A DNA stretch of 56,023 nt, filler included, from Jimgerdemannia flammicorona (taxonomy: Eukaryota), in the NCBI GenBank assembly GCA_003990765.1. It is 2 parts of 2 records of this genome, joined end to end, with 100 filler letters (N's around TTAATTAATTAA, not from the genome) between each part and the next. Parts side by side here need not be neighbours in the genome. Positions count along the whole stretch, not along the records: positions 28,074 to 56,023 come from RBNJ01000591.1; 1 more part is not named here. One strand, 5' to 3'. Positions 37,433-47,605 of the stretch are shown here, in pieces. The notes beneath the pieces are model-generated. The model was given only the letters and a program-made list of their open reading frames with translations. It searched no databases and had not been told where the DNA came from. The number at the start of each line of letters is the position of its first letter. The first letter of the stretch is position 1. The position numbers and the translations under genes are program-made.

Positions 37433-37700
37433 TATCCCTTAGATGGTATGGAAACGTCTTTTAAGCAGTGATTTTTTAATTGAAAAAATCTGATTTTTTC
37501 AAGTTTGCATTTTCTGTTAGAAATATAACTCAATTCATCTAAATTCAAAATTTTATTTTTATATAAAATTTTACCCAAAGGTAAAAAAATATATAAAAAA
37601 TCAATAATTTCAATGTTTTTGAAAAGTTATTATTATTTTCAGACTTATGAATTTTCAAAAATTTGCAGCCATATTTGGCTACATTACCATCTAAGGGATA
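37433..37700. mobile_element. MITE with perfect 16-bp TIRs
   Basis: TATCCCTTAGATGGTA / TACCATCTAAGGGATA. The outer TA may be the TSD. Related to 10716-10963. Confidence 0.8.
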
Positions 37701-37724
37701 GCTTTACTTTAACTTCTATCTTTA

Positions 37725-37737
<13 letters not shown>

Positions 37738-37755
<18 letters not shown>

Positions 37756-38927
37756 TTTTAATAGACTCAAAGTTCTGTGGATTTTTATTAGAAGGGAACC
37801 TAGACTATATAGACCAAAACTCTCTCCCACCACCCATCAAGCACTGCCTCCCCATTAACCTAGGCTAGCTATTGTCCAGCAGCTTGACCATGCCAGGTGC
37901 AGTAGAGTCTATAGTGGCCCATATCTCATTCTATATACTATACTCTTCCTATCACCAGAGAGAACTCAGATATGTCAATAACCAAAAGTATATGCCCAAG
38001 ATCCCATTGTATGTACAAGACTATGTCTGAGCTGAATAGAATAGCTTCTGCCACCTTAAAGAGAATGACAGACAAAGAAAAACTCTCATCAAAGTATATC
38101 ATAGTAGATAGGACCTGATTCTCCCAGTCAAGGTGAGTAAAGGACTTACATATAAGATAAGAAGAGACCCCCAATACCCCACTACTCAAGCCTGTAGGCC
38201 TTGATCATATTGCTATATCAGCTTCCAGTTTTAGTTAAGTATAGCCAAGATACCTGAAATGGGTAGCCTCAGGCCCCCTGACCCCCTCAATGACCAGGAC
38301 CCAATCTGCTGAATTGTTAAAAGAAGCTGAGAGTGACACCTACCACCTAACTGCTCTGCACCAATCAAAAGATCTCATCAAAGCAGTACCTGCCTAGCTC
38401 CAATAACTGCTCTCAGCCTAATACTCTACTGGTTCACTGTAATTACTCTTCCTTTTATCTGTAATGGCCATCTCCCCTCTCATCCTAATATTACCTAAAA
38501 AACAGTCACCTACACCAGAACTGTACTTGCTGGGAAGCTTACCAAAGCCAGAGGGCCACACTATAGGCACCAAGGACCTATAGATAATCTACATTAGGCA
38601 CTTGATGTCTAAGGTCGATTAACTCTCTATATAACTCATAACATACTGAGACAGCATCTTGTTGGTGACAATAAAAGGAAGAAAGTACTGCACCAAAATA
38701 GATGTACTCCAGATGCAGCCAAAGGCACCAGAAACTATGAAAAAGTAAAGAAGATACTAATCAGATACTAATAAAAGAGCAACTCATCACTATTACCTCT
38801 CTTCCTCCCACTGCTCTGCAATAGATACAGCAAACCAACCCAAGGTAGAGGGGGTAATAATTATGGAAAGTGGACTTGGAAGGTTGCCTACCAAACCATT
38901 GTGACTGGTAAGATAGTAGAGAAAGAG
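37738..38927 (-). mobile_element. Poly(A) retroposon, copy 3
   Basis: Poly(T) at 37738-37759, followed by the full-length reverse complement of copies 1 and 2. Confidence 0.88.
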
Positions 38928-39412
38928 ATATATTAGTATATATTTCTTATAAACTTATGGTTTATTAAGAAAGTCTACATTCTTATCTTTCTTGCTCTTT
39001 TCATCCATAACTACAAATACAATAACATACAAACTAGCAAGCTCAGGGCCCCAATTATGTTGCTCATTATATTGTATATTGGTTTTTATCTTTTTTTTTT
39101 TTTTAATGGACTTTATATTAGTTTTTATCTATCAGTAAATCTAATATGCTTAGAAAGAATACCTCTGGACAGCCAGGTGCACATGCTGGTCTGGCTATTT
39201 TTATTGCACCCTCATGATTCGAATTGACAACAGGTTCGGAATGCTGATAAATACATTTAAATCAAACAGATTGCTAGCATGCCTATGGAATTTTGAACTG
39301 TATTCTTAATAAACTCACCAAAGCCGGCCCGTGACTGCTTCCTCTATAGATTGTATTTCCACACTTATCCTCTCTTGTCCTTTATTCCTTTATTCCGGCT
39401 TCGCTTTCGACA

Positions 39413-41879
39413 ATGCCTGTTAAGAACTCACTCGTTAACCTCAATAAGCAGGCTATTGAGCTCACTCATACTCGCAAGCCTGGTCAAACAGGTGTGCCGA
39501 AGCTTCTTGTCAAAGGCTAATAATATCAACGTTCTTCTGAAACATTCGTGTCGTGGTATCTTCCGATGTTCCTTAGGCATTTGGCGCAACGCCGTTGCAC
39601 CCGAAGCTTTGACCGTATTCCCGATTCCAGATGTCACCACCCTTTACGATATGTTTGAGAATGGTAAGGTTGACGCAAAATATTTCAGATATGAAAGCTC
39701 GCTCGTCGCATTCGATTGCTTATCGCCGTCGGCCTGTCAACAGTGAGCATGAAGAAACACGCAAAACGTCCTTATCTTGGTCATCGACCGTATGACCCCG
39801 TCACGGATACGTATGGACGGTATATGTGGCAAACATACGAGACAATCGCGGAGAGGAGGACGAATTTTGGAAGTGGCCTATTGCACCTGAACGAACACGT
39901 CATCAAGGCAAAGGATGTCGAGAAATGGACCGTCGGTAAGTTTGAATGAGGTATCGAGACCACTGACTTATTTAAAAATGAGAATACTTATACGAAATTC
40001 TTTGCAAATACAAGGTGTCATTGCGAATAATAGGTAATTCCCAGATCATGAACGACGCGTCCTGGCAATCAATACATCTACTCATGGTTGATTCATATTT
40101 TACCGTAATACTCAGGCCCGAATGGATGATCGTCGACCAAGCATGCGTTGCATACAATCTGGTAAGCGGAGTACTCATTATTTTCTTTTCTTTGGGCTGT
40201 TATGCTACTACTATCCAGTGTACAATCCAGAACTGACTTCGAATACGCGATTCTTACCAGATCACGGTTCCCCTTTACGAAACCCTCGGCCCGGACACAA
40301 TCGAATTTGTTACCAGACATGCAGAGCTGCGCGTCATCATCACAAGTTCCGACCATGTCCCCAACCTTCTCAGCATCGCCGACAAACTGAAGAACTGCAA
40401 GGTCATCATCTCCATGGACTGCTTGTCGTCTGGAAAGAAGCCTGCGATTGGAACGATGGCTACGGAACAGGCATTAAAGGCTTGGGCGCGCGATAAGAAC
40501 GTACTTTTGATAGAATTCGAGGAGGTGGAAACATTGGGCAAGGAAAACCCACGGCCGCACAACCCTCCAAAACCAAGTGATCTGTTTACGCTTTCGTATA
40601 CTTCGGGAACCACTGGAGATCCAAAGGTATATATTCTCCAATGTGAGTTGAAACTGCGTGTATACTAATTTAGCATACTAAACAACATTTTTCCAATGGT
40701 CATCAGGGTGCCATGATCAGCCACAAGAACATGGTTGTTGCCAGCTGCGGCGCGGGAATCTTTTGGCCCTTATACCACACGGACGTAATGATATCGTATC
40801 TGCCGCTCGCGCACATCTACGGCCGCATTATGGACTGGACTGCGACGCTGTACTCTGCCAGCATCGGGTATTTCCGCGGCGACGTGTTGCTCTTGCTCGA
40901 GGACATTAGCATGCTGAAGCCAACTATATTCCCGTCCGTACCGAGGCTGCTTAACAAGATATACTCGAAACTCAAGGCCGCAACGGTTAGCGCTTGAGAG
41001 GCAGCAAATTTCGATCTTCGTGTGATACAGGTTGTTCTCGAACCGAAATGGTCATGTCAGTAACCATCCCCTTCCGACAGATCGACGCGCCCGGGGTTGC
41101 AGGAAATCTGGCTCGAACCGGGTACGCAGCGAAGATGGCCAGCTTCGCAGCCGGTACAGGCGCAGCGCACCCCTTGTGGGACCGACTACTCTTTGACAAA
41201 GTCAAGCTGGTTCTCGGCGGCAAACTGCGCTTGATTCTCACGGCCTCCGCACCGCTCTCGACCGACGTATTGCAGTTCCTGAGAATTGTTTTCTCAATTG
41301 AAATTACTGAAGGTCTGTCATCAGTACTATAGTTCTCTTCATTCGGATCGGCGTTCTTTTTGGGGGGTTTTTTGGCTAAAGGTTTCCTTCAAAATCGCTA
41401 GGTTATGGGCTCACTGAAGGTACAGCGGCAGCTAATCTCGGGCTACCTGGCGAAAACATACCTGGTCATGTAGGTCCACCGCAACCCTGGTATGACACCC
41501 ACATTACTGTCCTTATCTTTACGGGATTGCGTGTACCGTGTGGTATACGGTCGGTGCTCTGTGCTAGAAATTAGCGCTGGTCACTAATCGTTAATATGCC
41601 ATGTCTTCGACATCAGCGTCGAGACTAAATTGATTGATGTACCAGAGATGGGTATGATTCCCGCCTTATGTAAGAGTTTATGTGACACTTATGCATCCGG
41701 TTATTAACCCAATTTTTCTTCCACAGATTATCTTTCCACTAACAAACCCTACGCTCGAGGCGAAATTTGCCAGAGAGGTGGCAACGTGTTCATGGGATAT
41801 TTCAAGGACGAGCAAAAGACAAAGGAAGCCATTGACGAGGAAGGGTGGCTTCACACTGGTTTGTTTCAATGTTAATGTT

Positions 41880-41915
<36 letters not shown>

Positions 41916-43004
41916 GAATTTCGTGAATCAATTCGCTCTTAAGGGTTTTAGTGACCGATAACCTCACTTGATGCCTCCCTCATATATATATATATGTATG
42001 CTACAGGAGATATCGGGTTTTACGACGAACGAGGTAGGTCATATAATTCAATAAATGGCACAGAAAAAATTCCATCTTATACTCTATCAATTGAAATTTA
42101 GGAACGCTGTTCATCGTCGATCGGAAAAAGAATATTTTCAAGCTTGCGCAGGTAAATTTGTAAAATCACTTACCGTCTTTTATCCCGCGCTTTTGGTGAT
42201 GATCCAGCACGCTGCAGTTTTTTGTTCTATTGATCATATTTTTCTTAATTTTACTCTTTATACGACGACTCCGATAGGGTGAATACATTGCGCCAGAGAA
42301 GGTAAGTTTCCATTTATAGGCATAAATTTTTCTCATCTTGCATACCATCCGCTAATGCATCAACCATATCTCTCTCGATCACAGATCGAAAACGTCTATA
42401 TTGGTAGTAACCTTCTACTGCAGATATTTGTGTGTGGCAAGAGCATTGAATATTATCTCGTTGGGATCGTTGTCCCTGACCCCGTCGCCTTCGTCCCGTG
42501 GGCAAATGTTATCACCGGCAAGGAGGTGGACCCGGCGGACGCCGCCGGGTTCGCGAGCTTGTGCGCCGACCCTGCCGTGCGTCCGGCTCTGCTCAAGGAA
42601 TTGACCAAAGTCGGGAAGGGACGCAAGCTGAGGGGGTAAGTAGATTGTATTCATTGGGTTTTTGCAGGGATTTATGCATGGAAGGGGGGGGGGTAGTTTC
42701 TTTACCGGACTCTTCGGATATACAAGTAACCTGGTCCGTTTGATTTAGATTCGAGTTTATCAAGAACATTCACCTGGAAGTGGATCCATTCTCGATTGAA
42801 AATGACCTTTTCACCCCGACGTGAGTATCTAACGTCTGTCCGTCGTTCCACTCGATTTCATGTTGATTATTCCATTCCACATCCTGCAGGTTCAAAATTA
42901 AACGTGCCAAGGCAGCCAAACACTATCAAGCTGTGATCGACAGGCTATATACTGAGGGACCATTAGATGAGCAGGCTACGGCGACGGCACGGGTTAAGCT
43001 CTGA
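39413..43004 (+). CDS. Long-chain fatty acyl-CoA synthetase (FAA/ACSL family), multi-exon
   Basis: [67 protein letters not shown] across GT-AG exons. Ends ARVKL*. Confidence 0.95.
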
Positions 43005-43329
43005 GGATTAGATGATTGTTTTTATATTTCGTGAAACGGTTCAACTGATTCGAACTTTTAGACTGTTATCGAATATGATCAATCTATCCTTTTTCAATCA
43101 TTCTTTTGCGAAACTTCGCGCCTCAGAATAGTATGTTAGTTGTAATGAACTTGTGTCTTTCGAGTCCTGGTAGTTATAATAATATAACATGCATGCAATA
43201 ATGGTAGATCGTTGACCAGACTGGTCTACGAAATCAGAGAGAGCGTGAATAGGGTAGATATGAAGTATGCAACGACTGACTGACCAATGTGGGTACGCTA
43301 TGTCCTACGCCTACATTGGAACCTATATA

Positions 43330-43440
43330 TTCCTTATCAAGCTTCACATTATTGTTTAAGTCTAAATTAGGATATATACAAGTCCCACGAGGGAGCAGGC
43401 TCCCGCGCCAGCCTTTTCAGGCAGACTTTTTCCGAATAGT
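43330..43440 (-). ncRNA. Candidate omegaRNA at the 3' end of the IS607-like element
   Basis: GC-rich, CpG-retaining island at the stop codon: GGCTGGCGCGGGAGCCTGCTCCCTCGTGGGAC, with a GGGAG/CTCCC stem. Function is inferred from TnpB/Fanzor architecture. Confidence 0.45.
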
Positions 43441-44910
43441 GAGGTAATGAAGGAGAATGTTGCAAGTGCCATTGAAATTCTGGTCAAGCTTTGTCTGACA
43501 TGCCAGACAGCAAAACACCTTAGACCCGCCTAGGCCATAGTGGAGATATCCATGGCACCCACATGTCTTGGAAGTGTACTCTTCTGTGCAGAGGATGACC
43601 TGGCACCATGAGTGCTTGCATACTTTATGAATCAGATGCTGGCAAAAGTGGAAGTGTGACTATGTGTACATTGCACATGCAGTCTTAGAATAAATATAAC
43701 ATTGCTCTGTCTGATCATCTCCTGTGTATGGAACTCTGGCAAGAGAATGATATGATAGTTCTCATATAGCTACCATGTGAGCTTATGATGGCAGTCATTG
43801 ATCAAGTATTGAATATACTTGTGAATACATAGTATAATATGTTGCAACCTGTAATTAGTAAATTTATGTATATTTCCTTTAATATCTGATCTCTTTTCTA
43901 TTATTAAAAAGGCCAAAAATGATATATATATGCTAAACTGATCTATAGTACTTATGTTTATTTATCTTCTTATAAATACTATCTCACTTACTCTGAAGCC
44001 TGTCATATTTATGGCTCAGTCTATAGATATAGGTAATATCATTCTTCTCTCACTTAATTGCTAACTCACTTGAGTCATATCTAGTTATAAATATTTGTAT
44101 ATCAGAATTCAATACAATAACCCCTATACCTCTTTTATCAGATATAGGGCTTTGGCTCTTGGTCTATACATCAAAGAGCATGAGAATATAGAGATAGAAT
44201 TCACCAAGATAATTCATTATAAGCTAGCTATTATATTTAAGATTAACTGGTAGAGGCTCAGTAGACCTCATATTAGGGAGAAATACAAATTCGCTATATA
44301 ATTTCCTCCAGTACTTGAAAAGTACTACAATTAACTGAAAAAAAATAAAAATAAAAATAAAATAAAATAAAAATAATTTATTGAAAATTATTAAAACTAA
44401 TATGAATTTAATGTAAAATCAAAATGATTTTCACTTGTTGATAATTCTTTTTAAAATAAAACTACATTTGAAATATATATTTTACTATAAAGTTAGAGGT
44501 ATACTCCTTGAGAAGATTATTTATAACCTCATTATGAATGTTATATGGTATCTCCAGAATTTACTCATTATTGTTCTTAAAGTTAGAGATATTGAGATAC
44601 TGTACTCTCAGATTCTTCTTGCAGTGTTTTACACCTTCATTTTGAACTATAGTAAGATACTGATTGTATGTCTATTGTGCTGTTCTCATTTTTGATTATT
44701 AATATTATAAGCATGGTTATTTTAAGAGATAAAAAAAAAAAAAAAGGTAAATTCACCCAACACACCAATATATAATATTGTTGTGGAAAAAAAAATACTC
44801 AAGAGAACAATTATTATATCCTGAGCTTCTGCTGCTCCTCATAGATAGAAAAGAGACAGATTTTTTATACTTTAACTACTGACTTCTTAGAGATCTTAGT
44901 TCTCTTTAAT
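43417..44910 (-). pseudogene. Fanzor2 / IS607 TnpB-like RNA-guided nuclease with 2-3 introns, degenerate
   Basis: KICLFSIYEEQQKL (HTH-OrfB-like), TAQ*TYNQ, LGEFYL, RuvC-I relic VIVLNSDIQIFITRYD (from VIALDPGVRTFMTGYD), DCHHKL, IILLPEF, EEYTSKTCG, GGSKVFCC..C, DQNFNGTCNI (from DRDFNGARNI). Stop at 43417-43419. Confidence 0.9.
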
Positions 44911-45514
44911 AACTTCTCATCTCTGCTTATAGTTGGCAGCTGAGTATAGTCTGTTATATCACACTACAAAAACTGTAATAATGATAAACAGGTTCTCTAT
45001 AAATTCTCTAGTCTTGGAGTTATCAATGGTGCTAATGTTGAACTAAGAATCATAAGCTAAGTTCTGTTCTTAAAGATCCATTCTATGAGTTCTGATCCAA
45101 AATGACACAACTGGTCTTTTTGAGTAATCACTACTTCTTTGACTCCTCCTGCATATACTCATTCCAAAAGGACAACAAATCTTCTGTATTTCCAGTTAAG
45201 CCCCAAGCTAATATCACTGACAATCTCATATTCTGAGAAATACTATTGTAGTTCAGTGATTTGTCATTTAAGATCTCTTTATTGGTACTCAGAACTGACT
45301 CTGGTATAGCAGATCTTGGCCTTTTGTGTAGATTGTTATTGTTTTACAAGTTGGTTGTCACTAAACAATCTGCAGTAGAGTAAAGTCATTTGCCACTAGA
45401 GGTTCTGATGAAAGACACATGCCCTGAGACAGTCCACCACTGCAGAGTTTCAACTGAGACATCATAGGTTTGTTTGATACTACTTGTGCTTGTGTAGGTG
45501 GTATTTCGAGCCAG
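44820..45514 (-). pseudogene. tnpA: IS607-family TnpA: MerR-like HTH + serine recombinase, degenerate
   Basis: YDVSVETLQWW...IRTSSGK*LY (HTH), KICYTRVSS (catalytic Ser, 45291-45308), DLK*QI, SDISLGLNWK, VVITQKDQLCHFGSELIEWIF (from KDRLCRFG). Confidence 0.9.
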
Positions 45515-46417
45515 GTTTTTTTTTTTTTTTTTTGGAGATTTGCTGAGGAATGTACAGAATCCGCGCATGTGGTAGATTGCATTTATATGTTTTGCACGTG
45601 TTAAATATGAAAGCCAAACTGTCACTCACATATCCCTATTAATTTCCATAGGAAAGTGAGCTTTATTCTGGAACGTTCAGAAACGCTGCAACGGTACATA
45701 CGTGGAAACTACGACTCCGGATGGCTTGAGTCGGACCCAGCCATTAATATCTCGATTCCAGAGGACGCCAGAATTTAGGGAGCAGATGTTGTCTCCTGTT
45801 TGGTTATCGCAGGTCCTTCTCGAGACCCCAGATGAATGTCCATTGTTTCTGTGTCCAGATTATTGTGGCACAAGTCGCTCTATTGCTTGGGGAGGCGGGC
45901 TTGGATTAGGTTGACATGATTAACATTGTAGAGATGGATGGAATTGACGCCGCTGCCAGTGACGAAGTATGCTTGATGGACAGAAAGAAGAGTCATTGGG
46001 GAGAGGATTTTTATAGTATCTCAGGACGGAAAGGAACAAGGCAAGGCAAGGCAAGGTGAAACGAAATAAGATGAAAAGGAATAATGCCTTGCAAAACGAT
46101 AAGGAGAAGAAAAAAAGGAGCAACACAAGGCAGGACAAAAAGGGCAAAGAGGACAAAGAGGACAAAAAGGACAAAGAGCAATACTCGGCAAGGCGTATAC
46201 ATTGGCCATCAATAGCCAAAGAGGGACCCCATTAGCCATTAGCCACAAATCATTGAACGATGGACGATTTGATTGCCAAAATAGACGCCAGTGAGCAATT
46301 TCCTTTGTTTATTACTAGAACAATCCTGAAACCGTGGCGACATAGAAGTTGGCTTGACAGCCGTTGTAACAAAATTCAAAGCAGGCTCTTTGGATATGAT
46401 AGTATAAGGCTTTCTGC

Positions 46418-47428
46418 CTATATGATTTCGAGGAGCTCAACCTCGCTGTGCACGTGTGAAGAGAGAATCGAGATTAGCAAAAAGGTGCTTGTTGCGAATG
46501 GTTTAAAAAAAGGCGTAAGTGGGCGGGCCTGACTTACAAGATCAACGTGGCGTTCGGAGGGATCTGGGGCCGAGATATATGAGTTAAACATGGTGAGTTC
46601 AGTAAGCTCCGGCTATCCAGGATGCACAAAGGACGAAGGGTAATAAAGGACCATACCAAGCCGGGGAAGCCGCGTGGGCCGTACGCATAATCACCAGTGA
46701 TAGTGAACCTGGCTATCTGGCCTACGGAGAGTTGGGGTACACCCTCATCCCAGCCTAACACGAGGACAGGTGTGTTAGGATGGTCGAATTTGGGTGCACA
46801 TCAGACTATGGCTCAATCCAAGACCGATATCGTAAAGCTTACCCTTGATGACCTGGCCGACACCAATATTGCAAGAGAACGGCTTTCCATTATCGCGGGA
46901 TGAGTCGAATTTGGTGCCATCTTCTAGCTGCAAAGAGCATGAAAAAGATGTATGAAGGTCACTACTGCTTCGTAAAATGTGAAGGCGACAGCATCATCAA
47001 TCCAACAGCGTTGCCAACCCTACCGTGCCGACGTCTGAGGTATTTGGCATTCGGGTCATTATAAGAAAGTGATAAAAGGTATGAGAGGTCACGAATAATG
47101 GGAATCGGGTACCGTCAGGAAACTGTCAACCTGATTGCACGGTGAACAGATTCACTTACAGTGGATCTGAACTTTGTCTCCCTATCGTTCATTCATGCGT
47201 TCAAAACAAGAAAAGAGCCGTGTTAGCTTAAAATACGCACACAGCAGCGTAAGTATCGGAATTCCAAGTTAGTTACCTCCTTGGGAAATCTCTAGAGAGG
47301 AGAAAAGGAGTGGGTCGGTTTGTCAGTAAGAAATAAAAAAGGACAAAGCTGATTAGCGTAGAATTCTGAGGGTGGTGTACACATACAACGCCATCACCCG
47401 GCTTGATAGTTTCGATGGTAACGCCCAT
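46418..47428 (-). CDS. FPR1: FKBP12-type peptidyl-prolyl isomerase, 8 exons
   Basis: Spliced: MGVTIETIKPGDGV|RFPKE|GDKVQIH|YVGT|LEDGTKFDSSRD...GVGQVIKG|WDEGVPQLSVG...YAYGPRGFPGL|IPPNATLI|FEVELLEII*. Confidence 0.95.
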
Positions 47429-47605
47429 TGTGTCTTAATTGAGTTTGTAAGGTGAAGGTGAAGGTGAAGGTGAAGGTGGGCGTACCCCAGTAAAATGTAT
47501 CCTCGCGTTGTTGATGTCATCACTATTATTGCGTCACCCCCGTGACTCGTATACTACTATACTAACCAGAGAAGTACATTATTATTTTCTATTTAAAATA
47601 AAGTC

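Larger units (their letters stand above)
43330..45562 (-). mobile_element. IS607-like transposon (serine recombinase TnpA + Fanzor2/TnpB), degenerate; ends approximate
   Basis: Tandem, overlapping tnpA and tnpB-like genes in the IS607 order. No TIR or TSD found, as expected for IS607. Confidence 0.85.

Noticed and set aside
43330..45562. IS607 element as bacterial or endosymbiont contamination
   Set aside because: It is embedded between intron-rich fungal genes, shares the host repeat mutation pattern and contains intron-like inserts.
46030..46180. (CAAGG)n and GGACAAAGA repeats with small Cys/Phe-rich ORFs
   Set aside because: Low-complexity repeats downstream of FKBP12 with no evidence of coding function.
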